From contig JADGPQ010000002.1 of the NCBI GenBank assembly GCA_017882325.1, positions 1-43,407 on the forward strand: a DNA stretch of 43,407 bases. Reading direction: 5' to 3'. Source of the stretch: Thermoleophilia bacterium. Lineage in GTDB: Bacteria > Actinomycetota > Thermoleophilia > UBA2241. The notes below the pieces were generated by a model, which was given only the letters and a program-made list of their open reading frames with translations, ran no database searches and was not told the DNA's origin. Position numbers and translations under genes: made by a program. Of the stretch, positions 8,696-16,683 are shown piece by piece. Each line of letters opens with the position of its first letter. Position 1 is the first letter of the stretch.

Positions 8696-9682
8696 ATGGA
8701 GATGACACCGGATGCCGGCGAAAGAACCATGACGACGCATGCGGCAGGCGCAACCCGGGCGCAGGTCGCGGCGGTCGTGGGCGCCCCAGACTTCGTGCTG
8801 CCCTGGCTCGACCGTTTCTACGACGGCGACGCCGTCGAGCTCCTGCTGGCCTTCGCCACGCTGAGCGAAATTGATGACGAGCCGACCGCACTCGACGACG
8901 TCGATCCGGCGCGCCTCGAGCGCGCCGTGCGCCGCGCCGTCCTGGACCGCGACGAGGCCGGCGCGTACGCGCCGGCCTCCTTCCGCGACCGTCTCGAGAT
9001 CTGGGCCATGCTCGAAGGCTGGAAGGACATCCCGTCGGCCCTACACCGGGAGCTCGCCGACTGGGAGGTCGGGAACTACGCGGAGTCGATCCGCGAGGGG
9101 CTCGAAGCCCTGAAGGACGGCCGCTCGGCCGACTCCGATCAGGCCGGCTACACCTATCTGCTGCTTGCTGAGGGCGAGGACGTCATCGCCGCTGAGGAAC
9201 ACGTCTACTTGTGGCCGTGCGACTGCCGCGCCATCGTAGGCCGCTGCCGCAAGCCGGCCAACGTCTGCCTGCGCTTCGAAAACGACCGCGGTCTCGGCTG
9301 GGAGATCTCGAAGGAGCGCGCCGTGGAAACCCTGCGCGCGGCCGACAGAGCCGGCCTCACGCACACCGGCCACCCCAGGGGGAGTGAGCCCGCTCCAGGC
9401 GCCATCTGCAACTGCTGCACAGACTGCTGTTTCCCCCACCTGGCCACGGAGCGACTGGGGACCAGCGACGTGTGGCCGGTGCGTCGCCACGTCGCCGTCA
9501 TCGACGAGGACGCGTGCAGGCCCTGCGGCCGCTGCGCCCGCCGCTGCCCGTTCGCCGCCATCACCGCCGACTCCGTCGGGAGCCCGCGGCTCGAGCCTGC
9601 GGCCTGCCGCGGCTGCGGCCTGTGCTCCACGACCTGCCCCACCGAGGCCATCGCCATGCGGCCTCTCGTCGCTCCGGCTTGA
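8696..9682 (+). CDS. Cys-rich Fe-S protein with C-terminal 2x[4Fe-4S] ferredoxin domain, function unknown
   Basis: ATG 8696 is preceded by GGAGGA 7 nt upstream; the track start 8531 lacks an RBS. Motifs: WPCDCRAIVGRCRKPANVC, ICNCCTDCCFP, CRPCGRCARRCP, CRGCGLCSTTCP. Confidence 0.6.
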   Translation: MEMTPDAGERTMTTHAAGATRAQVAAVVGAPDFVLPWLDRFYDGDAVELLLAFATLSEIDDEPTALDDVDPARLERAVRRAVLDRDEAGAYAPASFRDRLEIWAMLEGWKDIPSALHRELADWEVGNYAESIREGLEALKDGRSADSDQAGYTYLLLAEGEDVIAAEEHVYLWPCDCRAIVGRCRKPANVCLRFENDRGLGWEISKERAVETLRAADRAGLTHTGHPRGSEPAPGAICNCCTDCCFPHLATERLGTSDVWPVRRHVAVIDEDACRPCGRCARRCPFAAITADSVGSPRLEPAACRGCGLCSTTCPTEAIAMRPLVAPA

Positions 9683-9790
9683 GCCGCTCCGCGCTTCAGG
9701 CCGAAGCCCTCGGCGTTCTCACCGGGCCGCGCAGCGCGGATGCGACGATGGGCTCATCGGTCGCGACTGAGCAGTTCCTTGTTCCGCTCG

Positions 9791-11260
9791 TCAATGCACG
9801 CCGAATTCTTCCTCTGCAGACCTGATTATCGACTTGAGTTTCGCCGCTACCTCTGGGGGCAGAGGCTCGGGCTCGTGCGTCTCGAGGATCCTGCGGGCCT
9901 CCACGAGGGCGCGGTCGTAGAGGCTCGTCGACCCGGATGCGGCCCAGTCCTCCCGGACCCTCCGGTCGATGAGCGTCGAACGCGACTGCCCGCGCATGCC
10001 CTTGTAGGTGTCGTCGTGCGAGAGGAAGTCGCTAAACGGACCCACCTCGGCGATGACGTCGACCGAGAGCGTCTCGTCGGTGACCGGGATCCCCGGCACG
10101 CAGAACTTGACCATGCGCGCGAACTCGGCGTCCATGACGAGCTGCGCGTAGTCGATGGTGACGCCCGATTCCAGCATCCCCAGCCCGTAGATCAGGTTGG
10201 CCCCTGCCAACGCCGGCAGCAGGCTGGTGAGCGTCTTCTCGTGACCGGATTGGGCGTCCGCCACTTTGGAGTCGCCCTACGCACCGGCGACCCAGCTGGG
10301 CAGCAGGTAGAAGCGCGCCAGACAGGCGACGCCGGCGCCGATCATCGCGCACTCGGGGCTGCCCACCGAGGCGCTGGCGAAGCGCAAGTCCATGGCGGTC
10401 GTCGACGACCCGTAGATCACGGGCGCGCCCTTCACCGTGAGCTGCGCCAGCGTGATGCCGGCGAGGACTTCCGCGTTGTGCGTCACGAGCGTGCCGGCGA
10501 GACTGACTGGCGAGGAGCCTCCGGCCATCGCCATGGAGAGCACGTTGACCGGCACGCCGGCGCGCACGCCTTCGATGATGATGCGGCAGGCATCGGCGAC
10601 CAGCTTGAGCGGGCTCACCGGGCAGGTCAGGAACGAGACGATCGGCCGCTTGCGGAGCTGGTCGCGGCCGCCGACGATAGCGGCCGCCATGTCGATCATC
10701 TTGCGGGCACAGAAGCCCGAGAGAGGGCCGATGGTGGCGTGCTTCGTCGTGTTCGAGAAGATCGCCTCAGCGTTGTGCAGGGCGGCGGTGTCGGGCGGCA
10801 CGTCGTGCGCCCCGAGCGGCCGCTCGACGACATCGATCTCGGGGAGCGCGTCGATGATCCTCGTGCAGTCGGCGACGTCCTGCTTGCGCGACTCGTGCAA
10901 CTCGCCGGTGTACGGATCGACGACCTGGATGCCCTCGCCGAAGTTGGTGAATCCGACGCGGCCGTCTTCGAGCACGACGTCGTTGGCGGGGTCGCGTCCG
11001 CACATGACCACCTTGGGCGGAGCGGAGCGGATGGCGTCTTCGACGACATGCGCAGGCAGGCACGCCACCCGGCGCGCGCGATCGATGTCCGCCCCGGCAT
11101 CCGCGAAGATCTGAAGGGCCTCGTCGTCTTCGACGAAGACGCCGGTCTGCGACAGCACTTCGAGCGTCGCAAGATGGATCTCGTTGAGCTCGTCGTCGGT
11201 GAACACTTCGAGCCTGAAACCGCCGCTCTTGCGCGCGCCCGCGCGCGGGTTCCGTCTCAT
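9791..11260 (-). CDS. mttB: Trimethylamine:corrinoid methyltransferase MttB, pyrrolysine type (one in-frame UAG)
   Basis: Track ORFs 10277..11920 (from the internal ATG 11260 with a GGAGG RBS) and 9791..10264 share one frame and are separated only by TAG 10277-10279 plus 4 sense codons. The joined 489 aa is colinear with the MttB family and with the two uninterrupted paralogues in this window. ATGA overlap with the mtbB stop. Confidence 0.85.
10277..10279 (-). other. In-frame UAG, predicted pyrrolysine codon of mttB (codon 328)
   Basis: Plus strand reads cta. Context is ...YLLPSWVAGA-UAG-GDSKVADAQSGHEKT... The paralogues read LPNWGYAGTTDAQVIDAQAG and LPVRAGAAVTDAHVPDAQAA across the same column. 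Confidence 0.8.
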
Positions 11261-12663
11261 TTCGCGCCTCCGGTCGGCGTCGTGCGCTCCTTGAACTTCT
11301 CGACGCAGTTGATGGGCACGTCCAGCACGCGGGCGATGTTGAACTTCGCCTCGATCTGGTTCGCCTGCCAGGGCTGGCTGATGGCGTAGCTGTGGATGCG
11401 GCCGAAGCCGTGTTCGTTGCGGACGTCGGTCATGACCACCGGGTCCGAGAGGTCGAAGGGGGTCACGCCGAGCTTGCCGGCCACGTAGTCCTTTGCTTCC
11501 TTGAGACGCATGCCGCGGGTCATTTGCATTCGAGCCACCAGGTCTCCGGCTGCTCGCATACCGCCCATGCCCGCTGCCTGCGCGTGAGCGTTGTGCATCC
11601 CGTGAGGGTCGCCCGAGCCCACCTACAAGCCATCGACGTGCAGGAGGTCGACGCACGACTTGGCCGCCCGGCTCACGGCGTCGGCCGGCGCGTGCACGAA
11701 CATCGGCACGGCGCCGACGCCCATGCCGGCGTTCATGTGCACGGGAATGGTCGCGACCTCCATGCACGGCTTCACCAGGGCGATCGCACGGGCGATGTTC
11801 CAAGCGCAGCTCTTGCCGGTGTTGACGTTGACGACCGGTCCGAACATGGTGGCGCCGGCCTGCTGCGCAAGGAGCAATTGCTCCTTGGGCCACAGGCCGG
11901 CGAGGCGCACGCCCTCCCACTCGAGCTGACCGTGCATGCCGAGCACGAACTCGCCGGCCATGCCCAGCTGGACGCCGAGATCGGGGTACTTCTCACGGAT
12001 GATCGCGGTCGCCCTCAGGGCGGCGAGGAACTCCGGGTCGCCGGAGGCGCCGGTGGTGTCCCAGTCGATCGCATCGGCGCCGGCCTCGTACTGCGAATCG
12101 GCGAGGCGGACCATGTCGAGGACGGCCATCTCGACGGCTTCTTCTTGAGCGGCCCGCGCCTCGGCGATCTTGCCGAGCGGCAGGAGCTCGTTCCAGTTGT
12201 CGCAGGGGCCGTCCGGCTTCGAGTAAAGCCCGAGATTGGGCATCACGCCGTACTGCAGCGGCGCGACCGTGCAGAGCAGGGCGTCGTGCATGTACTGCGC
12301 CTCGTAGGAGAGGATCGTGCGCACGACCTTGAGTGAGTAGTCGCCGACGCACAGTTCCAGCAGGTCGGCGCCCATCCACTGCTCGTAGGACTGCAGGTCC
12401 TGGATGCGCGAGGCGTGAGTCTTCATGCCGGTGCCGTCGCAACTCAGGATGATCTCGTCGCCGACGTCGACGCCGGTGAAGCGCGCCGCCGAAGCGTAGA
12501 TGTCGAGCAGATGATCCAGCTCTACGTCGGTGAGAGGCGGCACTTTGGCTCTCTTGACTGCCGCCTCCGACCCCGCCACGAGATCCGCTCTGATCTCGCT
12601 GCGCGTCAGGCGCGCGAAGGTGCCGTCCCCCATGCGGGTCGGCACCCGGGCTTCGTTCGTCAT
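11257..12663 (-). CDS. mtbB: Dimethylamine:corrinoid methyltransferase MtbB, pyrrolysine type (one in-frame UAG)
   Basis: Track ORFs 11623..12723 and 11257..11622 are contiguous in one frame, separated only by TAG 11623-11625. The joined product is 468 aa from ATG 12663 (RBS GAGGAGGG). Family blocks seen: RMGDG, YGVMPNLGLY, DTTGASGD, GMAGEFVLGMHG, LAGLWP, GMRAAGDLVARM. Confidence 0.85.
11623..11625 (-). other. In-frame UAG, predicted pyrrolysine codon of mtbB (codon 347)
   Basis: Plus strand reads cta. Context is ...LLHVDGL-UAG-VGSGDPHGMHNAH... This matches, from memory, the GVDGI-Pyl-IGVGDP block of Methanosarcina MtbB. Confidence 0.8.
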
Positions 12664-12730
12664 CCTGTCCCTCCTCGTTCCACAGGCTCGTCTCCTCAGT
12701 GCGTCGTCCGACGATCTCGTCACTGGCCCG

Positions 12731-13708
12731 TCACAGCGGCAAACGGACGCCCGCCCCGCGCTCGAGAGCCCGCTCGTACAGCACCATGGCCGTGACCATG
12801 TCGTCGACGGCGATGCCCATGTTCATCGAAAAGACGCGCTCGCTCTCGCTCTCGCGTCCGGGCTTGAGGCCCGCGGCCAGCTCGCCGAGATCGGCGCTGA
12901 TGGCCGCGGGGATCCCGCCGAAGTAGACGCCGTGCTCCTTGGTCGCGAGCAGCTGGGCCACGTCGTCCGAACAGAATTTGTCGCACTCGGTCATGGCTGC
13001 GCTGGTCCAGGCGGTGTCGTAGTCGAGCGAGACGCCCAAGCCTCCTTCCTTGAGCATGCCGGCGTCGAGATCGGGTTCGGGCTTCACCACGATCGGTATG
13101 GCAGTGACCACGACGTCGGCGGGCCGCACCGCGTCGGGGGCAGAAGCGCAGGTCACGAAGCGCAGCGCCGGGAACCGCGTCGCCATGTCGGCGATGAAGC
13201 GCTGGGTCGCTTCCGGGAAGATGTCGTAGCAGCGCACTTCGCTCAGGGCCGGCAGCTCCTCGACCAACGCCATGAGGCTGGTGCGCGCCTGCACGCCGCA
13301 GCCGACCATGGCGGCGGTGTCGCTGCCCGAGCGGGCCAGGTACCTGGCCGAGATGCCGGCGCTCGCCCCTGTGCGCATGGCGGTGATCCAGGCGCAATCC
13401 ATCACCGCCAGCGGCACGCCGGTCTCGCAGTCGTTGAGGATCAGCAGACCGCTGATGTACGGCAGGCCCTTGGCAGAGTTGGGCGGATAGCCGGAGACCC
13501 ATTTGAGGCCGGCCACCTCGAGCTCCTGCACGTACGCCGGCATGGCGTGGATGAAACAGTCGGGCCGCGTGTGGATGCCGGGCTTGGGCGGCATCTCCGT
13601 GTTGCCGCGGCCCTTGGCGGCGAAGCCGCGGTCGAGCGCGTCGAGCACTTCTCTCATGGACATGCCGAGGCCCTCGATGTCGGCCTGGCTCAAGTAGACA
13701 AGTTCCAC
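12731..13708 (-). CDS. Ornithine cyclodeaminase / mu-crystallin family NAD(P) enzyme
   Basis: GTG 13708 has GGAGG 6 nt upstream, giving 325 aa. Motifs: WITAMRTGASAGISARYLA and MVGCGVQART Rossmann segment. First gene of the mtbB-mttB cassette. Confidence 0.75.
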   Translation of the reverse strand: MELVYLSQADIEGLGMSMREVLDALDRGFAAKGRGNTEMPPKPGIHTRPDCFIHAMPAYVQELEVAGLKWVSGYPPNSAKGLPYISGLLILNDCETGVPLAVMDCAWITAMRTGASAGISARYLARSGSDTAAMVGCGVQARTSLMALVEELPALSEVRCYDIFPEATQRFIADMATRFPALRFVTCASAPDAVRPADVVVTAIPIVVKPEPDLDAGMLKEGGLGVSLDYDTAWTSAAMTECDKFCSDDVAQLLATKEHGVYFGGIPAAISADLGELAAGLKPGRESESERVFSMNMGIAVDDMVTAMVLYERALERGAGVRLPL

Positions 13709-13767
13709 CTCACGCCTCCTGCTTGATCGTCTCGCGTCATGGAGGGGGTACACACGGCACTCCCGTG

Positions 13768-13795
13768 ACAATACAGAGACCCGCTTCCAACGCAA
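13768..13795 (-). promoter_or_regulatory. Candidate sigma70-type promoter of the OCD-mtbB-mttB cassette
   Basis: Minus strand reads TTGCGT (13795-13790), 16 nt spacer, TATTGT (13773-13768). It lies about 60 nt upstream of GTG 13708. Confidence 0.3.
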
Positions 13796-13881
13796 CATCT
13801 CGCGGCACGAGCCTCGAAAGTGGGCTGGCGCGGCGCCCAGGGGCGCGCGCCGGCGCCGCCAGAGGACGAGCTAGCGAGTCT

Positions 13882-14247
13882 TCACGACGCCATGGAACGA
13901 GTCGCGGAGCCCGACGAAGCGTTCCACGTCTCGGCGTCGAAGAGCACGGCCAGGCGCACGGCCGCGGGCAGATCCACTCTTTCGCCCGGCAGGTCCGTGT
14001 GCCGCACCCGGTTCACAGGCGCAAACAGCTCCAGCCTCCGCGCGCGATCCGCAATCGCCTCGAACGACGCCCCGACGACGTTCTCGGGCGTAGGGATGTC
14101 GAGATCTCAGGGATGGAGCGCGTAGACTGTCCGGCCTTGGGCGGCCAAGGCGCCTGCCTCCACGGCGACCTCGAACACCAGCTCGGTGCCCGGGCGATCG
14201 ACGCGCTCCGCGGCGAAGAAGCCCGGCGCGACTGAGCGCATGCTCAT
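13882..14247 (-). pseudogene. Truncated class-I/II aminotransferase remnant with an internal TGA
   Basis: ATG 14247 overlaps the panB stop (ATGA). The translation MSMRSVAPGFFAAERVDRPGTELVFEVAVEAGALAAQGRTVYALHP*DLDIPTPENVVGASFEAIAD matches the aminotransferase N-terminal pattern G..V..L..GEPDF.TP..I, with the stop (14107-14109) at the Gly column. The frame ends after about 120 codons instead of about 390. Confidence 0.45.
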
Positions 14248-15098
14248 CGGTCCTCCTTGGCCCAGGCGGCGAACTTCTCCTGCTCGCCGTCGAGCATGTG
14301 ATAGCAGTGCTCGTCTGCGGGGAAGGTCGCGGCGCGCACGTCCTTGACGTACTCGCCAAGCGCCGCCGTGGACACGGCGGCGAGGTCGGCGTACTTCTTC
14401 ACGAACTTCGGCGTGAAGGCTTGGAAGGTACCGAGCACGTCGTCGACGATGAGCACTTGGCCGTCCACGTCTCCCCCCGCGCCGATGCCGAGCACCGGGA
14501 TGGGCAGCTCGTCGCGGATGAAGGCGGCGACCTCGGGGGGCACGGCTTCGACGAGCAGGAGCTGGACGCCCGCCGCATGCAGGGCCCGGGCGTCCTCGAC
14601 CACGAGCTTTGCCGACGCAAGCGTGCGGCCCTGCGCCTTGTGGCCGCCGAGCTGTCCCGAGCTCTGCGGCGTGAGGCCGATGTGGCCGCAGACGACGATG
14701 CCGGCGTCGAGGATCGCCTTGACGCGTGTGATCACGGAGACGCCGCCCTCGAGCTTAATGGCGTCCACGGCGGCTTCCTTCAGAAAGCGGCCGGCATTGC
14801 GCACGGCTTCTTCGTCAGAGATCTGATAGCTCATGAACGGCATGTCGCCGACGACGAAGGTCCCCGGGGCCCCGCGGCGCACGGCCTCGCAGTGCACGAT
14901 GCACTGGTCCATGGTCACCGGCACCGTGCCCGGGTAGCCGTACACGCACATGCCGAGCGAGTCGCCGACGAGGATCATGTCGATGCCGGCGGCCTCCTCG
15001 AAGGTGGCCGTGGGATAGTCGTAGGCGGTGAGCCAGGCGATCTTCTGGCCGGCACGCTTCATCTCGTGAAGTTCGAGAACGCCTTTTTTCGCGGGCAT
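14244..15098 (-). CDS. panB: 3-methyl-2-oxobutanoate hydroxymethyltransferase
   Basis: 284 aa. KIAWLTAYDYPTA, ILVGDSLGM and VVGDMPFMSYQ blocks are typical of PanB. Confidence 0.9.
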   Translation of the reverse strand: MPAKKGVLELHEMKRAGQKIAWLTAYDYPTATFEEAAGIDMILVGDSLGMCVYGYPGTVPVTMDQCIVHCEAVRRGAPGTFVVGDMPFMSYQISDEEAVRNAGRFLKEAAVDAIKLEGGVSVITRVKAILDAGIVVCGHIGLTPQSSGQLGGHKAQGRTLASAKLVVEDARALHAAGVQLLLVEAVPPEVAAFIRDELPIPVLGIGAGGDVDGQVLIVDDVLGTFQAFTPKFVKKYADLAAVSTAALGEYVKDVRAATFPADEHCYHMLDGEQEKFAAWAKEDR

Positions 15099-15157
15099 GG
15101 TGTGCCTCCTCGGGCGGTGAGGGTCAGACGGCCCGCGACAGTGGCGCCGACGGGCTT

Positions 15158-15622
15158 CTACGCTTCGAGGACGTTCGGCCAGCCTTCGTCGGCGACCGAT
15201 TCCTCCATGATCAACATGGTCTCCAGATTCATGACGCCGGGGATCCGCGCGATCTCGACCCTGATCAGCTGGCCGAGGTGGTCGAGATCGCGCAGGGCAA
15301 GTTCCACGACCATGTCGAACTGGCCGGTCACGTGATAGCAGGCGCGCACGCCGGACACGTTCTGGATGCCCTTCTCGAACTCCATGATGGAGCGCTCGCT
15401 GTGCTCAGTGAGCCGGGCGACGACGAAAGCGCGGACGGTGATGCCGAGCACCGCGGGATCGATGACGGCGCGATAGCCGCGGATGGCGCCGCTGCGCTCC
15501 AAGCGTCGTACACGCCCCAGCATCGCCGAGGGCGACAGGTCCAGCGAGCGCGCCAGCGCGAGATTCGACTTGCGTCCAGCGGCCTGCAGGGCCAGCAAGA
15601 TGTGACGGTCGAGGGAGTCCAT
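15158..15622 (-). CDS. Lrp/AsnC-family transcriptional regulator
   Basis: ATG 15622 (RBS GGAAGGAAG) gives 154 aa: MDSLDRHILLALQAAGRKSNLALARSLDLSPSAMLGRVRRLERSGAIRGY wHTH plus an AsnC-type C-terminal domain. The track start 15826 is an artefact. TAG stop. Confidence 0.85.
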   Translation of the reverse strand: MDSLDRHILLALQAAGRKSNLALARSLDLSPSAMLGRVRRLERSGAIRGYRAVIDPAVLGITVRAFVVARLTEHSERSIMEFEKGIQNVSGVRACYHVTGQFDMVVELALRDLDHLGQLIRVEIARIPGVMNLETMLIMEESVADEGWPNVLEA

Positions 15623-15655
15623 GGCTTCCTTCCATCGACGAGGTCGAACCGGGCG

Positions 15656-15684
15656 AGTATTCAGCGACATGTTCGACCAGTCAA
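15656..15684 (-). promoter_or_regulatory. Candidate sigma70-type promoter of the Lrp/AsnC gene
   Basis: Minus strand reads TTGACT (15684-15679), 17 nt spacer, AATACT (15661-15656). It lies about 35 nt upstream of ATG 15622. Confidence 0.4.
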
Positions 15685-15795
15685 GACGAATGGAGAACAT
15701 TCTGCCGTCACGGCGGTGTCGGCCGCGCCAGAGTGTCAACGATTGGCCTACCAACGCGCAGCCGCTTACCACAGCATGGCGACCGAGAAGAGCGC

Positions 15796-16683
15796 TCAGC
15801 CCCAGGCGGGCTCGCAGCGATCGCACAACCCCAAGGCGTTCCAGGCGTCGTAAGCGAGCCCGAGCACCGCGTGTTGCTTGTAGGGCAGCGAGTATCGGCC
15901 GGGGATCGCGCGCCGCACGGCGTCCATGCAGCCCTCGGCGAACAGACGGGCCGACTCCTCGTCCGCGGGTCGGCCCTCCAGAAGCTCTTCGAGACGTGCG
16001 TCGCGAAACGCGGCCTCGCCGACCGCGCCAAGCGCGACTTTGGCCCCTGATACCGTGCCTTCGCCGGCGTCGAGCTTGACGACGAGCGCCATGCTCAGCC
16101 TTGCGACCGTGACTGTCGAGCGCGATCCGATCTTGGCGAACGTCGCCCTGTGATCCGCGTCGAGCGCCGCGAAGCTGACCTCGGTGATGGCCTCGTCATG
16201 GGCGAGGCTGGTGCGGCCCGGGCCCACGAAGATCTGCTCGAGCGACCGCGTCGCGCCGCGGCCGCCGCCGTCGATCGTCCGCACCTCGGCGCCGAGGGCG
16301 ACGAGCGCCGTGACGCTGTCTGCGCACGGCGACGCGTTGGCGACGTTGCCGCCCACGGTGGCGACGTTGCGGATCTGGGCCGAGCCCACCTGGGCGGCGG
16401 CCTCGCCCAGACAGCACGCGTGGCGCCGAACCAGCGGATCGGCCTGCAGTTGGGCGAACGTCGTCAGCGCGCCGACGCGCAGCGTGCCGTCCTCGAGGCG
16501 CACGTAGCCCAGCTCGCGCACACCCGAGAGGTCGATGAGGAGGTCCGGCTCCCAGTGATCCCGGTGCATGCTCCGTATCAGGTCCGTGCCGCCGGCCAGA
16601 AGCCGGCTGCTCGGGGTCGCACGCCGCAGGGCGGCCGTCAGCTCCTGGAGGCCGCCCGGCATCAGCAGTTCGGCGTTCGGCAT
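15796..16683 (-). CDS. Molybdenum hydroxylase (XDH/CoxM-type) FAD-binding subunit
   Basis: ATG 16683 overlaps the upstream stop by 1 nt, giving 295 aa. LLAGGTDL and ATVGGNVANASP motifs. Confidence 0.85.
   Translation of the reverse strand: MPNAELLMPGGLQELTAALRRATPSSRLLAGGTDLIRSMHRDHWEPDLLIDLSGVRELGYVRLEDGTLRVGALTTFAQLQADPLVRRHACCLGEAAAQVGSAQIRNVATVGGNVANASPCADSVTALVALGAEVRTIDGGGRGATRSLEQIFVGPGRTSLAHDEAITEVSFAALDADHRATFAKIGSRSTVTVARLSMALVVKLDAGEGTVSGAKVALGAVGEAAFRDARLEELLEGRPADEESARLFAEGCMDAVRRAIPGRYSLPYKQHAVLGLAYDAWNALGLCDRCEPAWG

Noticed and set aside
9740-11389. 549-aa plus-strand ORF across the mttB locus
   Set aside because: It is antisense to mttB, has Arg/Gly/Asp-rich composition, and has no recognisable motifs. 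The same reasoning applies to 39142..40989 (antisense to the mttB-like gene), 17649..19493, 22251..23480, 14298..15335 and similar long shadow ORFs.
11261-11920. N-terminal 220 codons of track ORF 10277..11920
   Set aside because: This part overlaps the 3' half of mtbB in another frame and reads as Arg/Pro-rich nonsense. MttB similarity begins exactly at the internal ATG 11260, which has a GGAGG RBS and overlaps the mtbB stop.
14107-14109. In-frame TGA in the aminotransferase-like frame as a selenocysteine codon
   Set aside because: It replaces a conserved Gly rather than a Cys or redox residue. The frame is truncated to about a third of family length and similarity decays after it. A pseudogene is the simpler reading.
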